Of a DNA stretch of 64,000 bases, positions 26,640-40,862 are shown in pieces. The stretch lies in NCBI GenBank assembly GCA_964016885.1, contig OZ024741.1:202926001-202990000 (forward strand), written 5' to 3'. The translations under genes and the position numbers were made by a program. The DNA comes from Eledone cirrhosa. Taxonomy: Eukaryota. Position 1 is the stretch's first letter. Each line of letters begins with the position of its first letter. The notes beneath the pieces were generated by a model that was not told the origin of the DNA, made no database searches, and saw nothing but the letters and a program-made list of their open reading frames with translations.

Positions 26640-29610
26640 TGTTTTACATATTTTTACTGTTCCATTAATGGATTGTACTTGTAATTTCCTAACTAGTTGT
26701 GTATTTTCTGTTCCTGTGAAGCCTAGCTTCTCAAGATTTGTATTGAGGCAGTTACTAACATATCCCAGGCATAAATCTGAAGGTGTAATCAGGGTGGAGT
26801 AACTGCAGATTTCTCATCAGTTCTGCATAAATATTCTCCTTTTCACTAATCTTTGATATTATATTGCCATCTGCTGGGCTGTTAATTTCCACTACTGTGC
26901 ATGTTTTCTTCTCCCTATCCCATATCATAATATCTGGTCTGTTATGCCTGCATTTTATTGGGTTTTTTACTGGCACATTCGACCAGTACTCTTTCATATT
27001 ATGTACATGGATGTCTTCCACATTGTTGTAGCTTTTAATGTGTTTATTATCGGGGCTATCTTTTTTACGAACTGCATTGTACAGTGTTTTGGCCACTACA
27101 TCATGCCTCATAGGTTGATAGTACCGCGATGACATTTTGGACAGCTGCTGATGACATGGCTGATATCCTCGACGTTAGTTCTGCAGAGTCTGCACCTGTT
27201 ATCACATCTATGTGTTTTGCCTGCATCCCTATCTCTTTTGTGAATCAGGTATTTCGTGCTAATCTCCTGTTCCTGGATTGCAAAACCGTATCCTTCAAAG
27301 TGGTAGCCAATATAGCGGTTGTTGGTCCAAGATAGACTACTTTCCTTATCTATATTACTCTCACTCTGGAGCTTCCTGGCAACATATCCATGCATGATTT
27401 TTTGCTGATAGGCATGCAGTTTTTCATCCATGGATTCACTGCGATATTGCTGAGCGACATCCCTGGGTGGGAGTTTTTGATTATCACACAGGGAATATCT
27501 CTCAAGGAGTTCTTCCCCAACTCTCATGATCTTATCTGTTTTATGCAGATAGACTTGCTCGAGAAACGGGCTCCTACGCTTCGAGGTTCGTAGATGTTGT
27601 CGGAGAGACATGATGCGACATTCAAATGTTGTCTGGACTGATGTTAGGCCTCTGCCTCCCTGCTTACGTTTCAAGTAAAGGCGGTCTATGTCACTGTTGA
27701 TGTGGAAGTTTCCGGTGTTGTTCAGTATTTTTCGAGTTCCAACATCAACTGCTCGGATTTCGTCTATCGTCCAATTGAGTATTCCAAACGTTGGTGTTAG
27801 GACAGGCACAACAAACACATTGTGAGTCACTCTTTTGTTTTACGCAGAGAGTTCCGATGACCAGATCTTTCTTAATCGGGTGTAGCATTCCCTGGTTACG
27901 CGTTCTTTATTACATATACCGTTATAGGATATGTTCTCATCTATCCCCAGATATCTGTAGCAGTCCTCATCAGATATCGGTGTAACAGTTAGGCCATTGA
28001 TGACAATGTTGCTAGATTGGGTTGTTGTTTTTCCCCGCTTTACAGTCATGTATGAGCATTTATCTTGGCCAAACTCCATTCCTACATCCTTTGAGAACGT
28101 TGTAACCAGGTCAAGATTTTTTAAAATCCCATCCATGTTCTTGGCATAGAGTTTCAGATCGTCCACAAAGAAATTATGGGTTAGGTTCGTATTTCTGTTC
28201 TCCTGTGAGCCAATGATGTATCCCTCACATTTCTTGAGCAGAAAGGACAAGGGGTTTAATGACAAGATGAATAATATCACAGAGAGACTGTCCCCCTGAA
28301 ATATACCCCTGCAATATTTTATTTTATCAGTGAAAATAGAGTCCCCCCCTCTCTATCTTTAACCTTAGGATTGTAGCCCAAGAAGAAGACAGCATCTCTA
28401 TGGCTCTGACAATAATGTCTGGACTTTAGCAAGTTGGGGAACAGAATCGAAAGCTTTCCTGTAGTCCAGCCAGACTGTAGTCATATTCCTCCTAAGTTGT
28501 CGCACCTCCGACATCGCAGTTTTGTTGATTAGGAGTTGTTCAGCACATCCCCAAACCCCTTTCTTTCCAGCTGCTTGTTCATCTGTGATGATGTTCTTAT
28601 TTTCACAGTGATCTTGGAGGAATAGGTTTAGGCAGGCTGTATACATCTTATACATCAGGTTCTGGCATGCAATGGGTCGGTAGTTTTTTGCCAAGTGGGT
28701 GTCTTTGTTCTTGGGACCAGTAATGTTTGTGCTAATGTCAACCATTCTGGTATAAGTGCTAATTCTGGTATAAGTGTATCTCCCTTAAGAACTTGTTGGT
28801 AGAGGTCAGTAAGATACCTCCGATAGAATATCAGTTTTTTGTACCAGTAGCCGACAATCATGTCTCTTCCTGGTGTTTTCTTCTCTTGGAGTTTTCCTAT
28901 CACAGTCTCAAGGGTACCCTCACTTATTTCGTATGTTTTTGTTGTAGTGTAGGAGCAATAGTTCTGCATCTTGGTTGAAATTCTTCTTTTCACCCCATAT
29001 TTTTCTCCAAAAGGAATCTATGTCTTTCTGGGATGGGGCCTCAGTGACACTTATTATTTTCCCCTTCATATCTCTATAGACTGATGTTTGGTTTCGTCTG
29101 AATCTTTTATTAAGCACTTTTCTCTCATCTACCTTCTTCAGGTATCGGCGTTTTTCGCTAACAGCTCTCAATTCTTGTTTGAGGGTGATCAGCTTATATT
29201 GGAGAGTTCTGGTTCTACTGATACCAAACATCGTCTCTATTTTATTTTTCACTCTTTGTTGGTGAGGAGTGAGGTTTTTTTGTTGGTTTGCATGTAAGGA
29301 GCATTGTCACATATCCTATGTTTTTTCGTAGGTCAGCAATCTTTTTTTTCTATTTTTTCTATATATGATGGTATTTTTGCTGGTGTTTTGTTCTTGTTAA
29401 TATCTCTGCTATCACCAAGATAATGCTTCACTGTCGTTGTTAGGGCATATAAACAGGCGTTGATTTGCCAAAATGTTGGGGTTTTTATCCGTCGTAAATA
29501 TTCATCCCCTATTTCGTCAATAACTCGTAGTATTTCATTATTTGGATTATTTGGTTTTTTATTCAACATTGTCGTTTTAACACGTTCAGCAAGAGAGATA
29601 CATGAGTTAA
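26640..29610 (-). pseudogene. R4/Dong-like LINE copy 2 (RT, CCHC, restriction-like endonuclease), frameshifted
   Basis: NYRPIAC..LDYRKAFDSVP; RGIFQGDSLS; FFVDDLKLY; CRLCRTNVEDISHVISSC; RHD..RPDIMIWD..VVEINSP (RH and PD-D/ExK REL motifs). Confidence 0.93.
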
Positions 29611-29615
29611 TTTCG

Positions 29616-29674
<59 letters not shown>

Positions 29675-30221
29675 ATATATATATATATATATGTCAAAGG
29701 GCAAAGGAGCTCTTAAGAGTCGATGGCCATCCAAAATCACCGGGAGAGATGACCCCTTAGCCTTTGTCAAGGCAGAATTCTAGGAGAAGGAAAACTCTGA
29801 TATAACACCTGCAACCCTGATGGTATCCAATGATGTTGACTTGTTCTTCTTTTTGGTAAATATCATCTTGGTTAAGAGAGTGGGACTGGCTTTGTGCAGT
29901 GCCTTTGCTCACTATAAAAGCTTCACGGCACAGGCATTGCTTTATATCTGGAGATCCCTCTGCACTTGTCGTCACATGGTACCATGGGCCCAGCACTATG
30001 TGTCAATAATTGTCACAAGTGTAGTGTTTGTACCAGAGTTTTCAAGTCGCTGGCTGGACTAAAAAGTCACACTCGTTCAGCGCATCGGTAGGGGTTCTCC
30101 TACATGGATATAAAGTAGTGGCCGTACTCGAAAACGAGTTGGCTTCCACCATATGTATATATGTATATATATATATATGCATACATATATATATGTATAT
30201 ATGCATACATATATATGTATA

Positions 30222-30283
<62 letters not shown>

Positions 30284-30410
30284 CGTGCGCGTGTATATGT
30301 GTGTATTACTCTTCTATTAATCTATCAGGTGTTCCAGCCGACAGGCTGAGGGCATGCTATATTTATATATATGTATGTATATATCATTATTTAATATAGA
30401 AATATAAAAA

Positions 30411-30600
30411 GGGCGCTGGATTGGCAGTATCGGTAGAGGGTCGGACGTCATGCTTTGACGGATAGAGTTACGGCCCTTTCCATTCTGAGTTCATATCCCG
30501 CCGAGGTTAACTTTGCCTTTCATCCTTTCGTGGTCGATAAAATAAAGTACCAGTAATGTACTGGGTAATTTGCTGGCCTTGTGCCAAAAGTAGAAACAAT
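30411..30600 (+). mobile_element. SINE family 1
   Basis: ttggcagtatcggtagag, gagttcatatcccgccgaggttaactttgcctttcatcctttcgtggtcgataaaataaagtaccag. Confidence 0.85.
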
Positions 30601-30744
30601 TATTTAATATAGAAATGACTTCTATAGAAGTAGAACTGTTTAAATCGTATGAAAACACGTGAGGAATGCCAAGTGACAGAGGAGTGAGACAGTAAGAAAG
30701 AAATTCTTTGAGTGGGTGGAAAAGAACATTAAAAGAGAGACTTT

Positions 30745-30775
<31 letters not shown>

Positions 30776-31158
30776 ATATATATATATATGTATATATATA
30801 TAGTAAAAGAATGTTATTCTCCCATGTATCTATAAATACTAGTGCACTGTATCATGTACACAAATCAGTATCGACTGTAATTAAAATCGTGTGACGTGAC
30901 TTCTAACGATCAACGAATTTTAGACACACCGGACTAATGAAACAATTGTTGATACTTTTAATAGACCCTATTGTACAGCCAACCATGTATTCTTCATTCT
31001 TTTACTCCAAGAGCCGCCTGCCTAGGAACTTTCTTAAACCGGCCACCCAACTAAGGAAACATCTTGTTGAGTGAAACAACGCCGAACCTTAAAACTATCC
31101 TCGATACAGAGTACTCATAACATCAGGCTGGATTACCTTAAACGATATTTTGTTATCT

Positions 31159-31296
<138 letters not shown>

Positions 31297-31409
31297 AATT
31301 CTTTATAACGAGATCGACCTAACACATCGATCGTGTGGCCGGGATTGAAAAGAATTTTGTTATACTTAAAAATGCGTTATAATGGTATTCGTCATAACGG
31401 AATTTTACC

Positions 31410-32165
31410 TGTATATATACATGGTAGACAAATATATGAACAACCTTCAACCTCTGACCCTGAACAAAGATGTCGGGTTCGGCGTAATGTTGCTCAGGAG
31501 GTGGTGTATACATGAGCTTAATCTTTTCTGTGTTTATAGTAAGCCGGAAAGCAGCGCATTCCCCAGAAAATAGGTCCATGACTGCCTACATGTCCTACTC
31601 GGTATGAGCAACAAGGCCTGCATCGTCAGCATAAAGCAATTCCCTGATAAAAGACCGGAAAGTCCGTGATTTGGCTCTAAAGCGTGTTAAGTTAAAAATC
31701 TTACCCGTGATCCTGAAACGTAAATACACACCGACATCGCAATTCTGAAACGCATACGTGAGAGTCACGACAAAGAAGATAGAAAACAGAGTTGCTGCTA
31801 GGATGCACTTTGCTTAACTCCATTGTCGATGGATATGGGTTTAGATAGATAACCATTGAAGGTAAGCCTCCCTTTCATAACTCGATGTAGCTGTTTGAAT
31901 AATTTCACGAAACCTGGAGGTCATTCCTTCTTACCAAGAATGGTCCACAGATCATCCCTATTCACGGAGCGAAAATCTTTGGTGAGATCAACAAAAACCT
32001 GGTACAAAGCCACGCACTGTTCTAAACATTTCTCCTGCAACTAACGAACCGAGATCATGTCCGTTGTGCCACTGTCCGACCTAAAGCCACAGTGTGTCTT
32101 CGGAAACACGCGAGGGAAAATCCACTTGGTAAGCCTATTAAGGAGACGTTTTGCAAACACTTTAC
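31410..32165 (-). pseudogene. RTE (BovB-like) LINE RT remnant
   Basis: QCGFRSDSG..VFVDLTK..ELLYADDAGLVAH..LTINTEKIKLM..LKVVHIFVY. Confidence 0.85.
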
Positions 32166-32279
32166 CCACTGCTTCAAAAAGGCTTTTACCCCTATAGTTG
32201 CCACACACCAACATTCACCCCTTTTTCTTTGAACAAAGAAACAAGGATCGAGTCTTGATACCACCATCGAAAAGGTAAT

Positions 32280-33225
32280 CATAAATACCTCTCTCTAACC
32301 TACCCATAGATTTTTATAATGTAAACTGGGATGCAATTATTAACGATCTTTCACATGTCGACTGGTCTTTCACACACACAGACACACACACACGCACGCA
32401 CACACACGCACACACGCACGCATGCACGCACACACGCAGACACACATCCACCAACTTCAAAACATCTTGGCAGATATTTGCAGACACTGTTACAAATATA
32501 TGGGCAAAACATACACCAACAAGATCTGTGAAAAAAAACAAAGCGCATAATTCTCAGGCATAGAAGAACTATCATTAGTTGCCAGCAGCAACACACGCAT
32601 TCGACTGCTATTTCATTGTTTGAATAAAAAAAACGATTAACCTTCAAAGCAGAATGAAGACCATCCTCAATAACCAAAGAACAGCTGAGGAGGACTGGTC
32701 CATTGAGAAAATCAAACTCAATCCCAAATTCTTTTCATTTTCCAAAAGACAAAGCCACTGTTGGCTCTCTGGCTGATGAAAATAACACCTACCATGATGA
32801 TGTTAAGACCCTGACAAAGATACTGCAGAAACAATACTGCTCTGTTTTCAGAAATCCTGAAATGGTTGATCTGGGCTGCATCAGTAGTGTAAACTCCAAT
32901 ACACTATATCTGACATAATGGCGCCCCTGATATATTAGCAGTAATAAACAATATCAAGCATAACCCAGCAGTAGGCCCCGATAGCTTCCCTATTAGTATT
33001 CTGAAGAATTTCCGACATCAACTTGTATCGCCTCTTGCTAATCTTTGTAGAAACTCACTGGACTTAGGCTATATCCCTGAACATTTTCTGCCCCAGTCTG
33101 TCGTCCCAGACTGCCAGTGAATTACCGTCCAATCTCACTCACCTTTCATATTATTCAAGGTATTTGTGATGGTCGTGAGGTCACGAATAACTCACTTCTT
33201 TGAAAGGAACAACCAACACTTAAAC
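32280..33225 (+). pseudogene. CR1/L2-group LINE remnant
   Basis: AVGPDSFPISILKNFRHQLVSPLANLCRNSLDLGYIP..NYRPISLT. Confidence 0.75.
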
Positions 33226-33522
33226 CATACAGGATACCTTCCAAATAGGCCGGCCTCACGACACAAATCCAATTGCAGCAGAAAAACGACAACAATCATC
33301 CAGGCACTCCATTTAAAAAAGTTGCACGGGTAAGAACATTGGTAATAGCACCTCCAATGAAAAACGTTTATTTGTGAGTGCCTGTTAAAAACTCACAAAA
33401 ATATACCGACAGGAAAGTTGTTTTATTTGGAGAAAAATAAGAAGTTGAAAGTACAGTTTAGCTGTCTACGTGCATTGTTCATAGAAATATTGTTGAGCAC
33501 CTTCTTTTCATACTCCTTCTGT

Positions 33523-34452
33523 GACAGTTGTCCCCCCGGCGTTTCCACTCTGTTTTGGCCTATTTGAAGAGAAAGTCACGGGTTAAGTTGGCAGAAGGTT
33601 CCAGTGTCATAGCAGTAAGGCGTAGGCTACTTACCTCAAAAGTTCATTCGCACTCTTTCCACTAAGTTACTCTTTCTCTCTATCCCGCTCGGTGCATTTA
33701 TTCCTAGTTGGTAATTGGTAAAGAAAATAAAAATCTTTCCGCTTAACGTCAGCGTACGTGATTTTATCATAGGTGTGGGGATATTTTGGCGGGGGTTTTC
33801 TAAAAAGATCCACTATTTCTGTCTACTGGGGTTAGTGGAAATGTCTCAGGATATGTTATCAAAAAATTAGTAAATGACACTTAGCGATTGAAAAATAATC
33901 CGATCGTCGGAATGGTAATCTCAACTGTAATTGGTAACCCGGGCTGGCTTTCCTCGCTTATGTACCAAGATAGATAGAAATTACTGCTTAACGCCAGCGT
34001 ATGTGATTTTTAATATAGGTGTGGGGATATTTTTTGGCGGGGGCTTTCTAAAAAGATCCACTATTTCTATCTATGTACGTAATGAGGCATATGGCTTGGT
34101 ACTAACACCAATAATAATGTGTGCAACCGGGGTAAGTGATTATGTCTCAGGAAGTATTGCAAAAAAATATTAAAGCAACTGGGGTAAGTGGGAATGTCTC
34201 AGGATTGTTAGCCAACAAATTAGTAAATGACACTTACTGATTGAAAAATAAGCCGAACGTCGATAACCGGCGCCTAACACCCCTTTAACAACAGAATATT
34301 GAAAAATAAAAGCTGTAGTTAATATCTTTAGACCGCAAGGAGTATATAAATGCAAGTTTGAATTCAATCGGAGTAGAAATGTGGATTTGTATAGACTTTC
34401 AAAAAATGAGGACACACACACAGACAATTTCACTTTTATATAAATATATAGA
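33523..34452 (-). mobile_element. Non-autonomous Helitron-like element with an internal direct repeat
   Basis: Minus-strand start TCTATATATTTATATAAAAGTGAAATTGTCTGTGTG; repeats 33740-33905 / 33985-34260; degenerate 3' hairpin near 33530. Confidence 0.55.
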
Positions 34453-34486
34453 TACACAATGCTTCAAGTAAACTATAAATTCCTCT

Positions 34487-34541
<55 letters not shown>

Positions 34542-34639
34542 GGGGGTGGGGGCTTGTGGCAATATTAAACGACTGATAGAATGACAGAATAAGAACAATT
34601 TTCAACACTAAAGTTTATATATTTCCAAATTATAAGGCC

Positions 34640-34969
34640 ATGGCACTACTGAGTGATTATGCGGTTCGTTTCGCAACCACATACTTTCCGGTTGATTCTC
34701 ACTGAGTGACACATTGGGAAAATGTCTTCGAATGTAGGTTCGAGTTTACGAATGAGTAAAATTTGGAAGACGGAAATTGCAGAAGCCCATCGTGTGTATA
34801 TGTGTATGTGTACTTGTCTGTGTTAACATTTATGTCCTCTAACACTCGTAGTTTGAGAAAAATGGATCACTAAAACATCTAGTACTGGCTGAGGGTGGAT
34901 GGAGGTCGATATAGTTGCTTAAAACAAGGCGGTGGTCCAGCATGGCCATGATCTAGTGATTGAAACTAA
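34640..34969 (+). mobile_element. SINE family 3, tail interrupted by the Helitron dimer
   Basis: Ends in ggcggtggtccagcatggcc..tgattgaaactaa and resumes as taaaatataaaagaaa at 36881. Confidence 0.6.
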
Positions 34970-36246
34970 TCTATATATATAAAACTGTGGTTGTCTGTCT
35001 GTCTATCGATTTTTGGCACACATCTCCTCTTAGAATCTCTCACGGAATTGCACCGAAATTGCTAGACTTGTACATTGAGCCCTAGCGAAGACATCGGAAA
35101 AAAAAAATTTCAAATTGACCCACCCTATCTGACGAAATCGAATATAATGTATCGATTTTTGAGCGTAAGTTATCAGTTATTTCCCTTTGTTCTGTTTACA
35201 TTGAGCGTCTTACGTAAAAAATTACGCTGGCTTTAACAGTTGTCGAGCCAGCAAAATATTGACCTGCAAAATTCATCAGTTCGAACACTAAGCTTCCGTT
35301 TTGCTTCATTTCCATTTAAAAGCATTTTAAAACAATATTTTTACTTGAAAACAAGTCTATTTAAAGACTACGTAAAACAAGCAAATATTTCGTCGTTAGG
35401 CGTGCAGACAGACAGTCGTGCAGACAGACAGTCGTGCAGAGAGGTGATATACGCGTGCAGACAGACAGTCGTGCAGAGAGGTGATATAGGCGTGCAGACA
35501 GACAGTCGTGCAGAGAGGTGATATAGGCGTGCAGACAGACATAACTGATAATTTGGTTACGCTAATGTTTTTCTCTGCGTTGCAGTGTTTACATTTTCGA
35601 TCTTTGTTAATAAATAACCAGTGCAGTTTCTATCCCCAGCATCCTCTTTTGTTATAACATTCGGGTTATCGTTATGTTTTCTTAACTTCATAAGGCATAC
35701 CTGCAAAATTCATCAGTTCGAACACTAAGCTTCCGTTTTGCTTCATTTCCATTTAAAAGCATTTTAAAACAATATTTTTACTTGAAAACAAGTCTATTTA
35801 AAGACTACGTAAAACAAGCAAATATTTCGTCGTTAGGCGTGCAGACAGACAGTCGTGCAGACAGACAGTCGTGCAGAGAGGTGATATAGGCGTGCAGACA
35901 GACAGTCGTGCAGAGAGGTGATATAGGCGTGCAGACAGACATAACTGATAATTTGGTTACGCTAATGTTTTTCTCTGCGTTGCAGTGTTTACATTTTCGA
36001 TCTTTGTTAATAAATAACCAGTGCAGTTTCTATCCCCAGCATCCTCTTTTGTTATAACATTCGGGTTATCGTTATGTTTTCTTAACTTCATAAGGCATAT
36101 TGTTGGTTGAGGGAATATTAATCAAAAACACCACATGCAAGTCTGCACAGTAGACACTACAGTTTTTAAGCCAAGAAAGAAACTTAACATTGTAACTTTA
36201 ACACAGCTACTGAGCGACCCCGAGCAACGCCGGGCTTTACTGCTAG
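34970..36246 (+). mobile_element. Non-autonomous Helitron, unit 1
   Basis: 5' TC after A; (CTGT)n; 3' hairpin cccgagcaacgccggg then CTAG; internal tandem duplication 35262-35698 / 35699-36098. Confidence 0.9.
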
Positions 36247-36880
36247 TCTATATATATAAAGCTGTGGTTGTCTGTCTGTCTATCGATTTTTGGCACACAT
36301 CTCCTCTTAGAATCTCTGACGGAATTGCACCGAAATTGCTATACTTGTACATTGAGCCCTAGCGAAGACATCGGAAAAAAATATTTCAAATTGACCCACC
36401 CTATGTGACGAAATCGAATCTAATGTATCGATTTTTGAGCGTAAGTGACGAGTTATTTCCCTTTGTTCTGTTTACATTTTCTGCGTGCAAAAATTAAAAA
36501 AATTACGCTGGCTTTCTCAGCGTTTAAAATGACATTAACACAATACACGAACAGTTGTCGAGCCAGCAAAATTTTGACCTGCAAAATTCATCAGTTCGAA
36601 CACTAAGCTTCCGTTTTGCTTCATTTCCATTTAAAAGCCTTTTAAAACAATATTTTTACTTGAAAACAAGTCTATTTAAAGACTACGTAAAACAAGCAAA
36701 TATTTCGTAAAAAAAAGCAAAAATTATATAAGTTTATTTAAAATATATGTATCTGTAAATTTCGTTAGGCGTGCAGACAGACAGTCGTGCAGACAGACTT
36801 TAAGCCAAAAAAGAAACTTAACATTGTAACTTTAACACAGCTACTGAGCGACCCCGAGCAACGCCGGGCTTTACTGCTAG
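36247..36880 (+). mobile_element. Non-autonomous Helitron, unit 2 (head-to-tail)
   Basis: TC immediately after the CTAG of unit 1; same hairpin and CTAG end, followed by T. Confidence 0.9.
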
Positions 36881-38833
36881 TAAAATATAAAAAGAAAGGT
36901 AGTAAAAGAAAATACTGAATTGATAATATTTCCTTTTCCACTGTAAGGCCTTTATCAGGTACGTAGCTTAGAGATTAGGATGTTCGGTTCACGATCATAG
37001 GGATCTGAGTTCGATTCCCGACGGTGCATTCCCGTTGTGCCAGTCTAGTCAGCTGAAAAAAAAGTGTTGTACCCGTAATTTAAAGGGCAAGCCTTGTCAC
37101 ATTGTGTTATGCTGAATCTTTCCGAGAACTACGTTATGGGTGTACTGACTTTGGAATACTCAGCCTCTTGCACGTTACTTTCTAGAGCAGGTTGTTCCGT
37201 TGGTCGAATAACTGGAACACCAGTCCTCAGAAGCGACGGAGATCCAATGACAACACCATAAGATGTCTGAATTAATGTCAACACTTCATTTATCTGTCAC
37301 ATCTAACGATAGTTTACCATAATCTTAACCTTTCTATTATGTTAAAGTAAATCCCTCACAACACCACCTATTTTTAATGTTATACTTTAAGAATATCAGA
37401 ACATTTCAGAAGTTTCTACCAATATAATAAAGTTTTAAATGGGATTTTCGCTTTGTTTGAAACTGATCTGAATTTTCCAGTTATATAATCTTATATCATT
37501 TGTTACTGATTTCAATCACTAGACTGCGGCCATTTTGGGGCAGCGAATTAATTTAGTCGATCTTATTTTGTTTGTTTGTTTTTATCGAAGTGTTAATTTA
37601 CAGGAAATATCCAGATACGACTGTATACCATATACCTATATTCACACGCATACACACACACACACATATGTATATATATATAAGCACACACACACACACA
37701 CACACCCATATATATATATATATGGAAAAGCGTACCAATGTTGTCTTGGTTGCCCTTGAAATATATATAATAAAATAAATATGGTTTTATAAATATAGTT
37801 TCCATTCATTTAATATCATTGTATACTCTTTTACTCTTTTACCTGTTTCAGCCATCCAAACAAATAGTAAAAAGGAAAAAAATACAGTAGAAAATGCTAG
37901 AGGGATTTTTTCAGTATAACATCAAAACATTTATTTACAAAGTAGGGATTTCCGCATTTAATTCTATACCGGTTTCAGTTTTATATGCTTTTTTCAACCA
38001 CGGAAGTGAATAGTGCAATTAAATACATATTTAGAGAGGAAAGTTGATATTTTTGTCCGTAGTTTTCTTTCGTTCTCTGTCATTGTGTGTATATATATAT
38101 ATAGACGTTATGAGTTAATCTTCTCCTTCTGGCAGGTAGGCAGATAATATCAGCAATAGAAAGACCAATGGGAATATACTTTTATTGGTCAGGTATGACG
38201 ATCGACTCCTTTTTTATATTAAAATGCCGTTGTATGATTTTGAACCAAGTGTTAAAATGTTGAATGACGGTTAGGAAAGATAGGTTCAGGATTTCGTGTT
38301 TAATATGTTACCATGCACAGTTCTCTGGTAATATACGTAGTTTGTCATTAGAATATAAATAATTTGAAAATATAAATAGACTAGAATACTCATTGTATTA
38401 AGTATTTAATCCAATAAATGTTTTTTGTAATCTCACAATAAAAAAAAATGAGGTGATTTATTTTTAAACAATATAATTTATAAAAGCGACAAAATAAAAA
38501 AGGGAGAAAATCCTTTGCTGAATGGTATGTATCAGCTGAACAACGCGGTGTACAACATGGCAAATGCATTGCCGCGGAGAACAGCCAGTAGTACTCACTA
38601 CATCAGCCATTCCATATCACGGAGCTCCTCCTTCAGTCAGGATGTCCTCAACACAGATTGGAAGAAAATGGTAGCAGTCCGAGGACCGAGGACATCGGAG
38701 GCCCCAATAAAGACCGGCACATCTAGGAAAGGGTTAGCTAACATCTAGTATTTAGTCATATTCGGCTCCTCTGTGGAATTTCAGAGACCAAGGACACCGT
38801 ATGGTTAGTCAGTGCCTAGTATTTAGTAAATTA

Positions 38834-39003
38834 CCGTATTTCCCGGCGCCGAAGACGCTTCGTCCTCGAGGACGCACCCTAATTTTGACAACGAAAAAAA
38901 AAAAAAAAAAAATTATAAACAACCTTCGGCCTCCAGGATGCATGGTAGATTTTTGAGACTTATTTTAGGAAAAAAGTAGCGTCTTCGACGCCGGGAAATA
39001 CGG
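38834..39003. mobile_element. Tc1/mariner-superfamily (pogo/Tc2-like) MITE
   Basis: TIRs ccgtatttcccggcgccgaagacgct / agcgtcttcgacgccgggaaatacgg (1 mismatch); TA on both sides. Confidence 0.9.
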
Positions 39004-39222
39004 TATTTATATCTGTATAATCCTCAGGCACATAAAAAGTAAAATGATTGTATTTTTGTTGCCAAATTGCTAAATAATATTTAAATGGCATTTATAGACA
39101 CCGTTAATGAAGTCAATAAAAATATAATTATCAAAATTGGCATACATTTTGGACGTAGCATAGACGAATCGCTTCGCAATCATTATATCCCGATTTCAAC
39201 CCGACTGCACGCACATTCACTG

Positions 39223-39346
<124 letters not shown>

Positions 39347-39619
39347 CATATACATACATACACGCGATGGGTCCAAGCACCGTAAAAACCGACGAAGGTC
39401 GATCATTCATAGAAGTTTGACATAATTGTAGTCTCATTAGTTCCCCCCTACAGCTGCTTTAAAGTAAACAGAATTTTAGTTTAAATCACTAAACACTGTA
39501 TAAAATCCCACTCTTTCAGCAGGGTCTCTCATATTCAATACAGCTGCACAACCATTAGTTTAGCTCTGATTAAAAACAATTACTTTAATTTAAATAATTT
39601 AGAAGTATATCATACTTTT

Positions 39620-39920
39620 AAAAGCGGCGAATTGGTATAGTTGTTAAGTGTCGGATAAAATGATTCGGTATTTGTTCCGGCTCTCTGAGCTCTGAAACCA
39701 AATCCCACCGAACTTGCCTTCCATCTATTCGTGGTCGAGAATTAAAGTATCAGTCCAGTACTTGGATCGATTCTTCTTTGTCTCTCTTTATCACTTTCAT
39801 TCGCACCTTCTTCTCTGGATCAATTCAGCTGTGTTTACACCCGGAGGGGGATAGTCTCCACCATATCTTAAAATGTTCCAATAAAACCATATTACATGAT
39901 AGCGTCTATACAACTCTCTT
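39620..39920 (+). mobile_element. SINE family 1; its head and upstream flank are duplicated at 40085-40198
   Basis: ggcgaattggtatagttgttaagtgtcggataaaatg.. occurs twice. Confidence 0.75.
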
Positions 39921-40629
39921 ATCGTCTCATCCGGAATCTTCCTGAGAATTAAGTTAAGGGTATACGTGCCTGTGGAATGCTCGCTTACTTGCATGTTAAT
40001 TTCACAAGAAGGCAGTTTTGTTGATGAAACAACTGAAACGGAAGTCCAACAAAAACTGAAACGGAAGTCCAACAATTGCTTTAGTTTAAATATTTCAGAA
40101 GTATATCATATTTTTAAAAGCGGCGAATTGGTATAGTTGTTAAGTGTCGGATAAAATGATTCGGTATTTGTTCCGGCTCTCTGAGCTCTGAAACCAAACA
40201 CACTATATCTTCTGCGAGACGAAACTGCAGAAGTTGCAGTATTTCATTATCCTAGACTGTGATCTTTGTAACATACGTTCCACTGTTCTATTTTGAAGAC
40301 TGTGTGTGTCTTCTAAATCTATACACCTTACAACAATTACCTCTGTTTGCCATTTACAGTGGATATTGGATATTTACAGTTCAAATCAAAATATAGTGGT
40401 TTCCAAATTTAGATAACTTAGAGTAAAGTTAATGGCTACCACACACTATTTAAAAATTCTGAAATATAATCTAAATAGAGCATACAAACCCCTGGTGACG
40501 GAAAAAAGTGGACAGCGCCACCCATAGGATTCGAACTCACACCTTCCATAAGCCGTGTGGGTGTGGTGTGCTACACAAAAGTGGTGCGTGGCCGTTACTT
40601 TATGTCTCTTAAGCTTTATCAATCAGCCA

Positions 40630-40828
40630 GGAATGGCGGAGAAATGGCAGAGTTGTTAGAACGTCGGATAGAATGCTTAACGGTATTCGTTTCGGCTTTT
40701 TGTTCTCTGATTTCAAATCCCGCCGAGGTTAACTTTGCCTTTCATCCTTTCGCCGTCGATACAAAAGTACCAGTCTGGCGTTGTTTCTTCTTCTATACCT
40801 CTTTCTCCCCCCCTCTCTCTCTCTCTCA

Positions 40829-40862
<34 letters not shown>

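Noticed and set aside
29690-30150. Possible gene fragment between microsatellites
   Set aside because: ctaggagaaggaaaactctga resembles an RTE 5'UTR and the rest has stops; it cannot be classified.
35395-35545. CRISPR-like regular repeats (also 46530-46730 and 14192-14300)
   Set aside because: Tandem minisatellites without unique spacers, in a eukaryotic context with no cas genes.
38500-38760. 77-aa ORF
   Set aside because: No recognisable domain; probably an old LINE scrap on the opposite strand.
40515-40590. tRNA-like sequence on the minus strand (GTTCGAATCC)
   Set aside because: No D arm or anticodon arm can be folded; it is a decayed tRNA-derived repeat head.
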